Source of the DNA: the human T2T-CHM13v2.0 reference genome, Homo sapiens
NCBI RefSeq assembly: GCF_009914755.1
Contig: NC_060930.1
DNA length: 64,000 nt
Strand: one strand, 5' to 3'
Shown: positions 12,775 through 26,900 of the stretch, in pieces
Position numbering within the stretch: position 1 is the stretch's first letter
Layout: each line of letters starts with the position of its first letter
Program-made: the position numbers and the translations under genes
The notes under the pieces: model-generated
Seen by the model: only the letters and a program-made list of their open reading frames with translations
Told to the model about the DNA's origin: nothing
Databases searched by the model: none

Positions 12775-13070
12775 TGTATATTTGCTAGGATTGCCATAAC
12801 AAGGGACTGCAAATAGGGTGGCTTAAACAATAGAAATTTTATTTCCTTACAGTTCTGGAGGTTACAAATCCAAGATCAAGATTTTGACAGAGTTGGTTTT
12901 ATTCTGAGGCTTCTCTTCTTGGCTTATAAATGGCTATCTTTTCCCTTTGTCTTCAAATGAACTTCCCTCTGTGTATGTATGTGTCTTCACCTCCTCTTCT
13001 TGTAAGAACTCTAGTTATGTTGGATTAGGGCCTACCCTGAAAACACCATTTTACCATAATTACCTTTTGA
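12775..13070 (-). mobile_element. MLT1A-type ERVL-MaLR LTR (partial)
   Basis: 'gggtggcttaaacaatagaaattttatttccttacagttctggaggttacaaatccaagatcaag...tggattagggcctaccct'. Confidence 0.85.
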
Positions 13071-14869
13071 AATGCCAAGGGGAAAACAGCCCATAACAGG
13101 GTGATTTAGACAAATATCCCTGAATGCCTTAGCAGAAGTAGTTGGTACTCTTTAAGAATCTTTGACTGTCTATAGATATTATTTAAGCCGAATCCAGTTT
13201 ATATGATTTTTCTAAAATTAATAATTGAATAGTAAGATATTAGAATTACTTAGAAGAAGACTATTGTAGGGTTTTGAAATACTCATATTCTCAGCATCCT
13301 CAAAATAGAATTCAGGAATCTGAATATCAAGTGCTGGTGAGTATTCAACAATGGTAGTCTTAGTTAATAATAGTAAAATAATTCTGAACAACAACAACAA
13401 CAACAAAAAACCTCCAACAATGTGGGATCTTTGTGATCTAAAATAAAATTCATCATTTTCTTGTGTCTACAAAATAAAACATTGTGTTGAAATATTAATA
13501 GTATAAGCCAGTGCTGAGGAACTTGAGTATTTCTTATTGTACAAATATAACTACCTGAAGAAATATTTCCTCACAATTCTTTCAACCCCTAAACCAGGTG
13601 TCTGATGCGTTGAAAAAGGGTTCTCTTTCTTAGTTGGCCAATTATAGATGATAGATAAATGATAAATACAGTCACAGACTGAAATCCAAAAATTTAAGAA
13701 GCTTTGAAAGATAAATTTCAAATGAGAGATTGAAAATGGTATCAATACCTACATCTTGTTTTTATTTTTTAACATGCTATCTTTCCTTGATTTCTTTGAG
13801 GGCAAAGTTTGGGGCCAAAACTCAAGGTAGGGTTGGATGTGTTTGCCTCTGGCATGGCCTCTGAGGCACTTTAATCTATCTCTATGTACTCTTGAGCTTC
13901 TTTATGCAAAGTTCTCTGTTAGAGGCTTGTTTCACGCCTGGGGACACAAACAGAAGCTAAAGGGGGAAAATATATATTGTTAATTAGACTATACTCTGCA
14001 AAGTCTAAAAGAGAAAAGAACACTATTTCATAAAGGCCAATGTTCGCATGCTTTCTGAGGACTAGAAAGTTTGAGTTAGTAGAGAATGAGGATCACTAAG
14101 GTTGAGATATTGCTCTCATTTTATCTTTTGTAAGAAAATGGGAAGTAAAACCAAACCAAAACAAATATATAGTTAATATTGAAGACATGATTTCATTATT
14201 TTCAAGAAAATGCAATATTCTAGACCAAGTTTAATCTCAACAAAAATTGCTAACATTAAAAACTATAAAAGTAGGATATTTGTTGGAATCCTTTGAATAC
14301 ATATATAATTTTAAATTTCATAATAAAGTATTAGGACCCCCCTCCTCCCCACTACATATTGACTTTATTTTGTTTGTTTCTGATTAAACTGATTTTACAA
14401 TAGAAATATTAAAAAATGTCTCCTAAGTAATAATAATTATAGTTTGTTATGGCAACCCATGACAATGCTAGACATCAAATAAAAATCTGCCTTTAAAATG
14501 ATATGCATATATCTCCCAAATACCTCATTTCTTGTTTTTATGAGTGTCATGGAGAAATACATCTGTGGTGAAGTTATTCACAAATCTAATAGCAATGCTA
14601 TTGTTTCTGATTTTTATAGACTGCTTCTGTTGTGATATTACAATGCATTACAAAAGTAGACTCATCTGTTTGCACAATACTAGCCGTTCCTTATATTCTT
14701 GCTTTACAAATGGAGAGAGAGAAGCAAGGAGTTTTGGCATGATTTTAAACAAATGTCCCCAGTATTTGGAAAGACTGTCAAGGAGAAGGGATTCTCTCCT
14801 GACCCCTGGGTTGCTATTGTAGCACCCATACCAGGCTTTTTCCCGTGGAAGAAAATGAAATATCTCACA

Positions 14870-15200
14870 CAACATGTTTACAGTACAATATGTAAGGTAC
14901 AATGGCAAAACACAGTTATGTCAATACCATTTATGAAGAACAAATTAAAAAAATACCTCCTTCATAAAATCAATAGCAAGGCAGAGAAAATCAACATGAA
15001 TGGGCAAAGGAGAGTAGGTAACCCAGATAACAAATGAGTGGAATCTGAGCGCACACCTGCTTGAGTGAGCATAGGTAAACAATTACTGGCTGAATGCGTG
15101 CTTTCACCGAGTAAGTTGGGTCAACAGAGTCAGATAAGAGGAAGAGAGGATAAATTGTTGAGGCATAAAATAAAAATGTTTATCTGAGTGTTTATCACCC
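14870..15200. promoter_or_regulatory. Candidate FOX/GATA enhancer (motif cluster only)
   Basis: TGTTTAC 14875, GTAAACA 15075, TGTTTATCT 15177, TGTTTATCA 15189, AGATAA 15025 and 15132, in sequence with no recognisable TE. Confidence 0.3.
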
Positions 15201-16244
15201 CTTGATCTAACGTGGAATTCATAGATGGAGCCCAGTGCACGGCAGGCTCGGCTCTGGGTTTATACCTTGCCCTGGAATCATTCAGCAAACCATAAAACGT
15301 GCTTTCTCACTTTTCTGCTTGGATGATTTCAGAGCTGCTCTCCAGAGACCAATTTCTCTAATGGCGAGATCTAATTCAATTGTGTGCTCACTCAATTCAG
15401 AGGGAAGGCCGTGGAAGGAACAGCGCCACAGACAGTGCATCTGGGGTTGGAGGGATGGAGATTCTGTTCTGGGAGTGAGGAGAGTGAATGTGTTGCTTCT
15501 CAGTGAATGCGTTGGTTGTGCACCTCTCCTCATCTTTCTTACTCTTCTAATTCAGGTGAAACCCCAGTGTGCAAGGATTACATACATCTTGCCCAATATA
15601 AAAATGATAGTAATAGTTTCTTTTTCCTGAATTCCCCTTTTAATCTCTGTTATTTAGCACTTCAGGGAATGGGTTATGTTAGTTCACTAAGTTTTTTCAA
15701 CTTGCTATAGTTAGTTACCATACACTTGATTGAATGATGTGTACTCCTTTAAAATTTGCCATTAAGACCCCCAGATATCACATTCTGTTCATTTTGTCAT
15801 TAGAAAGTCCTACACTATAAACTCCTACAGGCCAGGGCTAAGCTAATGCTGCTCATTTTGTATTGTTCATATTTAGTGTTGTGCTCATGATATTTTGGCA
15901 ACTCATGAATACCTCCTGGTGATAATGCACTTATGCTACTGCCACAATTTTCTACAAAGAACTGACTCAGCAAAGGGTCTATGCTTTGAGTGACTTGTGC
16001 GTAGTGATGATAGATGTGCTACTCATTCAAATGTCCTCTTCTCACCATTTCTCCAGGAAATAATGATTTCCTTTGTGTGCTAGACATGAAGGCAAGGTGA
16101 ACAGACTACCTTGTACATTAGGCTGTATTCATCAATGAAACTTTCCAACTTTCATACTTACACTTTGTAGGCTTGTATTTAAAAGGCTGGTGCTCCAGGG
16201 GCTTTTCACTTTCTCCTAAGTATCTGGTTTCCAATGAGAACAAT

Positions 16245-16385
16245 AGAACCACAGAATTTTGGAAACTAAAGGGAGTTTAGAGACTCTTTAACACTCTGAC
16301 TTTAGAGATGGTGGAAATGAGGCTTAGAGAGGTTGAAGTCACAAAGTTAGTTAATGGCAAGGCCAGGGCTTAAACTCGACTCTGT
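16245..16385 (-). mobile_element. MIR (MIRc/MIR3-like)
   Basis: 'tttagagatggtggaaatgaggcttagagaggttgaagtcacaaagttagttaatggcaaggccaggg'. Confidence 0.7.
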
Positions 16386-16545
16386 CTCTTTCATTTAATT
16401 ATAATGCGGGCCTTCTCTATGGCAGGCACTTGTAATTGTTGTGGAAGCAGAAGTGAATGAGACAGATACAGACCCTGGGAAATGAAATTTACTAGGCTTT
16501 ATCTCCTTTCCAGTAGACTAACGGGCTGGATCAGCAGGATGTTGA

Positions 16546-18881
16546 TTTTTTTTTTCTTCAACTTTTATTTTAAGTTCCAGGGTGCATATACAGGATGTGC
16601 AGGTTTGTTACATAGGTAAATGTGTGCCATGGTGGTTTGCTGCACAGATCATCCCATCACCTAGATATTAAGCCCAGCATCCATTAGCTATTCTGCCTGA
16701 TGCTCTCCCTCCCCAACCCCAACCTCCTACAGGCCCCAGTGTATGTTGTTCCCTGCCATGTGTCCATGTGTTCTCATAATTCAGCTTTCACTTATAAATG
16801 AGAACATGCAGTGTTTGGTTTTCTGTTCTTGCATTAGTTTGCTGAGGATAATGGTTCCCAGCTTCATACATGTCCTGCAAAGGACATGATCTCAGTCCTT
16901 TTATGGCTGCAATCCATGGGCATATGACCACATTTTCTTTATCCAGTCTATCATTGATGGGCACTTAGGTGGATTCCATGTCTTTACTATTGTGAATAGT
17001 GCTGCAGTGAACATATGCATGCATGTATCTTCATAATGGAATGACTTATATTCCTTGGGGTATAAACCCAGTAATGGGATTGCTGGGTCAAATGGTATTT
17101 CTACCTCTAGGTCTTTGAGGAATCGCATGCTGTCTTCCACAATAGTTGAACTAATTTACACTCCCACCAGCAGTGTAAAGGTGTTCACTTTTCTCCACAA
17201 TCTCTCTAACATCTGTTGTTTTTTTGACTTTTTAGTAATAGCCATTCCGACTGGCATGAGATGGTGTCTCATTGTGGTCTTGATTTGCATTTCTCTAATG
17301 ATCAGTGATATTGAGCTTTTTTATGTATATTTGTTGGCTGCATGTATGTCTTCTTTTGGGAAGAGCCTGTTCATGTCCTTTGCCCAGTTTTTTATGGGTT
17401 GTCTGATTTTTTTCTTGTAAATTTGTTTAAGTTCCTTGTAGACTCTGGATATTAGACCTTTGTCAGATGGGCAGATTGCAAAACCTTTCTCCCATTCTGT
17501 AGGTTGTCTGCTCACTCTAATGATAGTTTCTTTTGCTGTGCAGAAGCTCTTTAGTTTAATTAGATACCATTTGTCAATTTTTGCTTTCATTGCAATTGCT
17601 TTTGGTGTTCTCATTATGAAATCTATGTCTGTGCCTATGTCCTGAATGGTATTGCCTAGATTTTCTTCTAGGGTTTTTATAGTTTCGGGTTTTACTTTTA
17701 AGCCTTTAATCTGTCTTGAGTTAATTTTTGTATATGGTATAAGGAAGGGGTCTAGTTTCAATTTTCTGCATATGGCTGGCCAGTTCTCCCAACACCATTT
17801 ATTAAACAGGGAAATCTTTTCTCCATTGCTTGTTTTTGTCAGATTTGTCAAAGATTAGATGGTTGTAGGTGTGTGATCTGATTCCTGAGTTCTGTATTCT
17901 GTTCCATTTGTCTATGTGTCTGTTCTTGTACCACCAGTACTATACTGTTTTGATTACCGTAGCCTTGTAGTATAGTTTGAAGTCAGGTAGCATGATGCCT
18001 CCAGCTTTGTTCTTTTTGCTTAGGATTGCCTTGGCTATTTGGGCCCTTTTTTGGTTCCAAATGAATTTCAGAATAGTTTTTTCTAATTGTGTGAAGAATG
18101 TCAATGGTAGTTTAATGGGAATAGAATTCAATCTATAAATTACTTTGGGAAGTACAGCTGTTTTCACGATATTGATTCTTCCTATCCATGGTCATAGAAT
18201 ATTTTTCCATTTGTTTGTATCATCTCTGATTTCTTTGAGCAGTGATTCATAGTTCTCCTTGAAGAGGTTCTTTATTTCCCTTGTTAGCTATAATTCTAGG
18301 TATTTTATTCTTTTTGTGAATGGGAGTTCATTCATGATTTTGCTGTCTGCTTGCCTGTTGTTGGTGTATAGGAATGCTTGTGATTTTTGCACATTGATTT
18401 TTGTATCCTGAGACTTTGCTGAAGTTGCTTATTAGCTTAAGAAGCTTTTGGGCTGAGACAATGGGTTTTTTTAGATATAGGATCATGTCGTCTGCAAACA
18501 AAGATAATTTGACTTCCTCATTTCCTATTTGAATACTCTTTATTTCTTTCTCTTGCCTAACTGCCCTGGCCAGAACTTCCAAAACTGTGTTGAATAGGAG
18601 TGGTGAGAGAGGGCATCCCTGTGCCGATTTTCAAGGGGAATATTTCCAGCTTCTGCTCATTCAGTATGATATTGGCTGTAGGTTTGTCATACATGGCTTT
18701 TATTATTTTGATGTATGTTCCATCAATACCTAGTTTATTGAGAATTTTTAACATGAAGGTATGCTGAATTTTATTGAAGGTCTTTTCTGCATCTATTGAG
18801 ATAATCATGTGGTTTTTTCTTTAGTTCTGTTTATGTGATGAATCACATTTTTTGATTTGCGTATGTTGAACCAACCTTGCA
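16546..18881 (-). mobile_element. 5'-truncated L1PA (about L1PA13), 2.3 kb: ORF2 RT/C-terminal part plus 3'UTR, disrupted
   Basis: Poly-T tail and L1PA 3'UTR. ORF-track fragments match L1 ORF2 ([52 protein letters not shown]) in several frames. TSD gatgttga(t/c)tt at 16538 and 18882. Confidence 0.96.
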
Positions 18882-19479
18882 GATGTTGACTTCTTGATGA
18901 AGTACATCTGTGATTTAAAGCAATGTTTCAAACATGTAAATTTCTAGGTAACTGTTTTGAATCCTAGTCTGTTCGTACACTTTTAACATTATAGTTTTCA
19001 AGGAAAGTTGTCTTAAACTAGCTTCACTGACTACCCCTCTTCCTATCCTCCTAATTTATTTGAAGTTCTTTTGTATTAGAAGTTACTGTTGCAATAGTTT
19101 CCTTTGTGCTGGTCATTTCTTCTGTTTCCACTCTACTCTGGTGCTAGTAGTCCAAAAAGGAACCCCCAAGAAGGAAACTATCAGAGATCATGAATAAGAA
19201 GGCAGACCTTCTCCAGCACTCCCCAGACTGCTCATTTGAATGATTCTTCCCCTGAAGATTTCTCCCCAGAGCCAATTTCTCAAGAGAGTCCTCAGGAGTA
19301 ATTTATTCTTCTCCTATTTATATCTTCTTTTCTTTCTATCTTAGCAGATGCCAGAACAAAGACCTATGACCTATGGTTGCTTGTGTAAAGTCATGTAGTT
19401 GCCTCTTTTCTTAGCAATAATTAATTTTTTATTTTCTTAATCTTTTTATCTTTGATGAAAACTTATTTTTACATGAAGC

Positions 19480-19610
19480 TTTGTAGTACACAGTACTTTT
19501 TATATGGTGTCTCATTGAGCCTCAAAACAAATATGTGAGGTAGACAGAATTTTCCTTATCATCTCCATTTTCCAGTGTAAAACCAGAGGCTCAGAAAATT
19601 TGGAAATTAA
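19480..19610 (-). mobile_element. MIR fragment
   Basis: 'tctcattgagcctcaaaacaaatatgtgaggtag...tctccattttccag...agaggctcagaaaa'. Confidence 0.65.
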
Positions 19611-19969
19611 TACAGTTGTACTGGTGGTGCCCACCTGAGGACTGAAGGGCAGTGTTCTGAGAAGTCATCTTGACTAGTTCCATTAAGCCATGCTGCCGTC
19701 ATGCTGGACTTTAAAACAATTTTTCTTAATTATTCACAAATAATATGGAAGTATTCCTGAGCAACAGCTTTTTTGTGAGTTCTTAGAATATGTCTTAAAA
19801 ACACACTTGAATAGAAAATAACAAAATTTAAATAGCAACATAAAGCTGTGTCCCCTTATCAATACATGAATTTATGTGTAGAATTTGTTAAACAATTGGT
19901 ATAAGTGATGGCATTTGACCCTGCGCAAGGAGTCTTCTCTTGGAATGGCAGACTTTCCCTTTGAGTCCC

Positions 19970-20228
19970 AGCACAGAGGTTAAGATTGGAGGCTCTGGAA
20001 CCAGACTGGTTTCAAATTTTGATTCTGCTGCTTCCTACCTATGTAACCATAGGCAAGTTACCTCTGGGTGCCTCTGTTTCATAATCTATAAAATGGGCAT
20101 AATAGTAGTCCCTAGCTCATAGGCTTGTTGTGAGGATTGAAAAGCATGTACACACACACTCACCCCTGTCACAGTATAGAAGAGTAGAACAGTGTCTGGC
20201 ACTTAGGGAGCCCAGTTGAAGTGTTGTC
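19970..20228 (+). mobile_element. MIR, near full length
   Basis: 'ggctctggaaccagactgg...taggcaagttacctctgggtgcctctgtttcataatctataaaatgggcataatagtagt...gaacagtgtctggcac'. Confidence 0.85.
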
Positions 20229-20582
20229 ATTCCTAAGATAGTGTGTCAGGAAAGTGACCTGGACCTGGAGTGGTGTGAGAGTGACTTCAACGGTCTGCAG
20301 GAGAACCGAATTCCAGTTTCCCCTCTGAGCTTGGTTCAGGGAGGCAGATTTTTTTCTTTGTTTACAAGTTTGAGTAGTTTATTAATCTGACAAAATTACA
20401 TTTTAATAATTAACATAATCAATAAATGTAACATAAAAAATTATAAAAACTAGATATATGTAATCATATACATATAGCTATTTTGCAATACAAAGTTATG
20501 AAATAGCAATTCTCTGTATTAAGTACCTAACACACACTTTGAACAAATGATGTTTTATCAATATTTTAAGTTTTTAAACACT

Positions 20583-21346
20583 ATTTTTTAATTTTTATGG
20601 ATACATAATAATTATACACATTTACGGGGTACACATAATATTTTAATACAAACATACAGTGTGTAATGATCAAATGTGGGTGATTGGGATATCTATCACC
20701 TCAAGCATTTATCATTTCTTTGTATTGGGAACATTCCAAATATACTCTTCTAATTATTTTGAATTAAATAATAAATTATTGTTAGCTATAGTCATCCTAT
20801 TGTGCTACTGAAAACTAGATTTTATTTCTTCTAACTCTACTTTTGTACTGATTAACTAACTCCTTGTTATTCCCCACCCCCAATACCCTTCTAAGCTCAT
20901 GGTAATCACCATTCTGTTCACTACCTCCATAAGATCAATTTTTAGCTCCCATATATAAGTGAGGACATGTGACATTTGTCTTTCTGTGCCTAGCTTATTT
21001 CATATAACATAATGACCTTCAGTTTCAGCCAGATTGTTGCAAATAACAGGATTTCATTATTTTTTATGGCTGAATAATATTCCACTGTGTGTATATACTA
21101 CATTTAAAAAATCTGCTTAAAATGTGGTGGCTTCCTTATCGTGGCTCCTGAGAATAGTGCTATAATAAATATGGGGGTGCAGATACTGCTTCACTGTGCT
21201 AATTTCCTTTCTTTTGGATATATACCCAGCAGTGGGATTACTAGACCATATGGTAATTCTATTTTTAGTTTTTTGAGGAACTTCCATATAGTTTTCCATA
21301 GTGGCTGTACCAATTTACATTCCCACTGACAATGTATGAGTGTTCC
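20583..21346 (-). mobile_element. L1MA-type 3' end (truncated)
   Basis: 'atttacggggtacacataatattttaatacaaacatacagtgtgtaatgatcaaat...tcacctcaagcatttatcatttctttgt' and the ORF2 C-terminal antisense block 'ggatatatacccagcagtgggatt'. Confidence 0.9.
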
Positions 21347-21465
21347 AGGGAATGAGGTGACAGATTTAGCCTTCTAGGTGCAGGCTTGGAGTGAATGACA
21401 CTGGGCCCCTGGGCCCCTCTGCTTAGCTGAGTTTTTATTATCAGGCAAATGAACAGAATATAAAC

Positions 21466-21488
21466 TTTTTTTTTTTTTTTTTTTTTTT
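21466..21488. repeat. poly(T)23
   Basis: Read directly. Confidence 0.95.
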
Positions 21489-23481
21489 AAAAAGGCTATG
21501 TGAAAGCTCCCAATCATGGGAACTGGGCCACACAGTATCCAACTTGGTCTCCAAAACCCTAGGAATGCATGCTGCCAGGAAGGAATGAAGACATCACAGA
21601 GAGAGCAGTGTTTTCCCAGTAGCAGTTGTCATTGAGAGTTATGTCATTCCAGCTGTCAGAGGAGGAGTCTTGGGAAATCACTAACTTTGCATTCTGGGCC
21701 TGATAGTCTGGGATAGTGATCTGAGCCAAAATGGCCTGGACTGGTGCTGGGGGTGAGCCTTGTTGGGGAAAAGGCTAAAGCTACCTAAGAGTTTGCTCTT
21801 TTAAATCAGGGTTGCCTGATGAACCAGGGTCAAGCTGAGGCTGACTTTGGTGGGAAGTTTCCCTGCTTGTCTTACCCTTTTAAATGCAGGATCTTTAAAG
21901 GCAATGACTGGGCATGTGCACAGTTATTTTCTACTACTTACCCAGGGTCTGTCATAATTTATAGTTGATTGATAAACAATTGTTGAATGAGTTGGAAAAG
22001 CAAGGAAGAAGGGGAGTTGAAGTAAGTGACTTAGGCAGAGACTAAACAGCAATTAGGCCTGAAGCCTGATACTTAGTCAGCTGAGGTGCGCAAGATCAGC
22101 ACTTTCTAAATTATGGGATGCTAGATAGACTTCTGGTGATGCCTGGGTGCAATGGCGCATAAGGAAATAAAAATGGATTCCAATTTCTGTAGGAAAAACT
22201 CATAAAGACATCTTTCAGGAACTGAGTCAATGAACATAGTTTTAAAAATGTATACCTGTGTTGCTTATAAACTGATATCAATAGGGAGTGTTATTTTCTA
22301 GAAAAGGAAACTGAAGCCAAAAAATAAAATAAAATAAAATAAATGGCCCAAGGCCCTGCAGTAGTATAAGGCAGTATAAAGGGCAGGAACCAACCTGTTT
22401 TTATTGTGTGGTTTGTCTTTCTGTTTAAAAATTATAAAATCCAAACAGCACAGGAAGCTCAATTTAATTCTAGCGAAGAGAACTAAAATGGTTTAGTTCA
22501 TGACTGTTGCAATCTCTTTAGGATGAGGAGGGAGATTCGGAGCTTCGAGTGGAGCAGGGAAGCAGAACAGATGTGAGAAGCCATCTTCTAAATGACTGTG
22601 GATTTCAAAACCAGTATTGGAAGCTTCAGCCTGTGGCCTAATCCTTTCAAAAAGAAAGTAGTTACGGTCTCACTTAGCAGTGAATCCTCAAGCAGGCAGC
22701 CCGAGGTGGAATATGTTTGAAACAAGGCATGACTTTAATTCAAGCAGAATTAGTCTGTGTCTATGAAAAACCAGCCTCATGCTGTCGTCCCAGGACAATT
22801 GGTCTTTCTGTTTCCTCTTGGTTTCCGATTCCTTAGTCCAAGCCATTTCAGTTATCTCCATCTGCAGCCTGCAAATGGTTTCTGAAGAGCCTGGATAGCG
22901 ACACAGTCTAGGTTTATAAAGAGCTATGTCATTGCATTGTATTGGCACATGAATTCTAATCATTTCACTCAGGTTGGGCCGGCCTGATGGAGGGGTTAGA
23001 CATCTGTGCTGGAGTTTCAAGCACCTGCATTGTCTGAAGCTGCTAACATAATAAACCTTTGCTCTCAATGGAAAATTTTTAAAGTCAACTTTCATACTGA
23101 TTTTAAAATATCAAAAGTAATATGAAAACTATAAAGGTAACATTGGAATTCTAATTTAATGCTAAGAAAAATGTTTGAGTAAAGGTGCCATAAACCTTAC
23201 GCTCTTGGGGATGATAGCAGTGGAGGGTAGGAGGCAAAAAGCCTGTATTTTAGCTTTCAGAAACGATCAGTTAAGAGAAATTTCTTTTTCTTTTCTTCCT
23301 TTTTTTAAAGCCAGGATATATTTTGTCAATTTAGTACTCGCACTGTATAAGTAAGTATTTTACTGGTTGGCACCCTGGGCTTCTCTCTCTCACATGCTTG
23401 TATCTGTTCATTTTTTTTTTTTCTCTTTCCTGATTGTCTCTGAGCATCTTAAAGCCACTCTTTTTTTCTCGTTAACTTCAC

Positions 23482-23550
23482 TCTCTAGGATAGTGCCTGG
23501 CACCAAGTAGATTCTCAATAAATATGTGTTGAATTAAAAAAATGAATTCA
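23482..23550 (+). mobile_element. L2 3' terminus
   Basis: 'taggatagtgcctggcaccaagtagattctcaataaatatgtgttgaat'. Confidence 0.7.
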
Positions 23551-23662
23551 TAGTATGTGGAATGATCAAAAGATAATAACAAGATAATTATTTAATTCAT
23601 GCTTTTGTCTTTGGTTAAGAGTTCTAGGTTGTATTTTGATTAATATTTAGCATTGTGTGTAC

Positions 23663-23915
23663 CACAGTATTCAGAGTAAAAATGATAGACTCTGGAGCCA
23701 AATTGTCTGAATTTGACTCTAAGCTCTACACTTACTGTCTGTGCATCCTCAGACAAATTACTTAACCTCTCTTTGCTTCAGTATTTTCCTTTGTAAAGTG
23801 AAGAAATTAGTAGAATATACCTCATAGAGTTGTTGTGAGAAGAAAGTTATTTAATACATGTGGCACTTACAACAATTCATGAGACATAGTAAGTACTGTG
23901 TGTTAGTCATTGTTT
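23663..23915 (+). mobile_element. MIR
   Basis: 'agactctggagcca...acaaattacttaacctctctttgcttcagt...tacctcatagagttgttgtgaga'. Confidence 0.85.
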
Positions 23916-26900
23916 TATTACTCATGCCCTGGGAGTGATCCTTTGAGAGCAAGGTGAATAAAAGGATTCTACCTTATTACTAAAAACTTAAATGAGGTTT
24001 CCAGTCCCTTAGTATTCTTTTAATAAGTGTTCAGAGTAACATATGGTTTACTCTCAGTCCTTTCTTGGGATTTATTTTTAGTAGCTGAGAAAGCTGATAT
24101 TTTAAATGATCATGGCTCTTGATGTTCATTGACTTGGCCAAGACTAGCTTTCTAAGTAAATGCAATATGAGGACCCCTTGGTGAGAGAGGGGCTGTAAAA
24201 CCACTCTTCCAACAAAACAAAAGTGTGATATGAGGTGAAGGGGATAAGCACTCATTATAAATCTATAATACAAAAATAATATATTCTACCAAATAGTCTT
24301 TGTCTTCAAAGTTTGATTCTCAGTAGGGAATACTTCTGATTTATATAACTTAAGATAGGCCAATGGAAAATCTGATGAATTGAAGAACAAATGTCCAAAC
24401 CAATTGAAAAAATGCAACTCTCTAGATCATAACATTTCTAGGATGTGAAGTTATGTAAAAGCAGTATGGTGGCCCACTGCAGGATGCTTGATAAAATTTC
24501 ATGATGTGTTTAAATCTCTGCAATCTGAGAGGACCCACTACTATATTTTACCCTCAAATTGGATCTTCAGTTACATTATCCTTTTGCTGTTTTCCCTTCC
24601 TGTTTGATTTACTTATTTGTGTGTGAAGCTTCTCGAAACCTTAACCATCTGGGATTATATTAAGTGGCACTAGTAACCAAGTTTAGCAACAGTAAACAGG
24701 GAATAGCTCATTATAGGGCAGGAATAAGGAAATAGAAAGTGCTAGTAGTTAAATAGGAGTTTTTGTATCTACTGAAAAGAGTTCTGTTTTTCAAGCTACC
24801 TTTTATGGCATATTAGGTGTGCTTTCTTGTGTTGAAAATCTTGGCATCTCTTTCACATTAAATATTTCAAGATCATTTAGTTATTTATCCTTCAGATACA
24901 ATGAGTAAAACTATCCAAAAAGGAGGAAAATAGCAAATTGCTGAAATTACAACTGTTTTTACTTTTCTCTAATGGAAGTAGCTTTAAAATCCATGGGGGA
25001 AAAATCCAATTTGAAGGAAAGCAGTATTAGAAAGCATGCAATTATGTATAGTGAACATTTCCTCAATGATGGGAAATTCAAAATACATGAAGAAAAGCCT
25101 CCGTGACCATTTTCTCAATAAGGTGAGTTGATATTGTACACTGCTATTGGGAACTCCTGTCATCAAGGAGGCAAAGTAGAAATGGATTTATTTTCCCATT
25201 CTGGACCAGGGTAAGGGCACAATATCATTGCTGGAGATGGGACGATGTGCTGAAAACCACATAGGGATTAAAAATATGCAATTTGAATTTCCATTCTGAC
25301 TCTGCTCCTGAGAATAATATTAATGATGATAATAGCAACTATTAATAATATTTAATTTAATAGTACAATTGTTGCACACATTAAGTGAGATAATTTTCTC
25401 AAGTTATCAAGTTCTGGGGTGCAATGTGAATCAAGCCATTTAACTAAGTTTTACTCTTAAGGTAAAATAGAGAATAAACTTTACTTCTTTTCTCCCTCAT
25501 GGATAGAGACCCTTAAATATTTTATACTAAATATGGAATATAGAATATATTTGCATTAATATAGAAGAATAATTTTGTGAGTTCTTAATGGGCACTTAGT
25601 GTCCTTTTCTACTTCCCACATGCTGTGTGACTTTTCATAGGAAAGTTGCGTTTGGGCAGGTATAAAACTATTAAACAAGGAGAATATGAAAATTACTCCT
25701 GGTTCTTTACTTTGCAAATGGAAAGATGGATAAAGTACTGTGAAACATACTTAAACCCACCCAGGATGAGTATGTCAAACTCTGGAAATATGGGACAGAA
25801 TTCCTACAGCCTTGGTATAGGCAACCAAGATGAAGCATTCATTTGTTCACATCTGACCTCTCTGAGAATAAATTTTGTATGACTTATGGGGATGAAACAC
25901 TTAAAGAAATTAGATGAGGAAAAATAAATCAGGCACAAACCTTTGAAACACTGGGTGGAGAGTTGAGAGGTAATTAAGTATACTTTTTTCTCTCCATTTT
26001 TTGAATCTACTATTAAGGTTTTATGGAATTAATTTTCCAGGACTTGGCTATAGGGTTTATAGGCTCCTTTTCTCAATTCTTATATTATGCAGCCTGATAT
26101 CTGTGAACTTTAGATATCATGTATTTTTGCAAATGTCTTACCCACAGCTAGATCATGTGCTCAATAGCTTGGCAATGTCAGGCACAGTATCTTTGGCAAG
26201 GTTTATTCAATAACCATGTATAATTCTTTTTAGACTTCTTTTTTAGAAGTTATCATGAGATGTTAAAACATAGAAAAGCTCTAAATACTAATATAATGAA
26301 TAGCTGTGTATCCACCACTGAGCTTATGAAATAAATAGTACCAATAACTTGAAACTCCTTGTGTCCTTCTCATCTCATTCCCTTCCCACACCCACCAGAG
26401 GGAATTTAGTAATTATCATTTCCTTTTCATTTTACTCTTTTAGTAAAGACAGTAACACAGAGAATAAATAGAATATAATGTTGAATACAATTTTTCATGT
26501 TTTACTATTTTATGCATATGGAATAATCTATTCCATTGAAACTTAGCATTTTTTTTTTGCTTGGCATTATGTTTGTGAAATTCTTCCATGAGAATATGTA
26601 TGGCTCTAGTTGGTTCATTTTTACTGCTTTGTAGTCTTTCATTGTGTGAATATACTGTAAGTAATTTACCCATTCTTCTCTTGATGGATGTTCAGATCGT
26701 TTCTTGCTTTTGACTTTGCCAATACTGTTACTATGAGAGTTGTTGAACATGCCTTTTTGTGTACATGTGCAAGAATTTCTCTGCAATACATGGCTAGGAG
26801 AGGAATTGTGTACTCCTTGGATTCGCAATTCAGCTTTACTAGATACTGCTGAAATACTTTCAAAGTAGTGAATACTAATTTACATTCCCAATAACAGCAA

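Noticed and set aside
16901-18808. Cluster of long minus-strand ORFs with reverse-transcriptase motifs
   Set aside because: Frameshifted ORF2 fragments of a 5'-truncated L1PA; not a host gene or a novel RT system.
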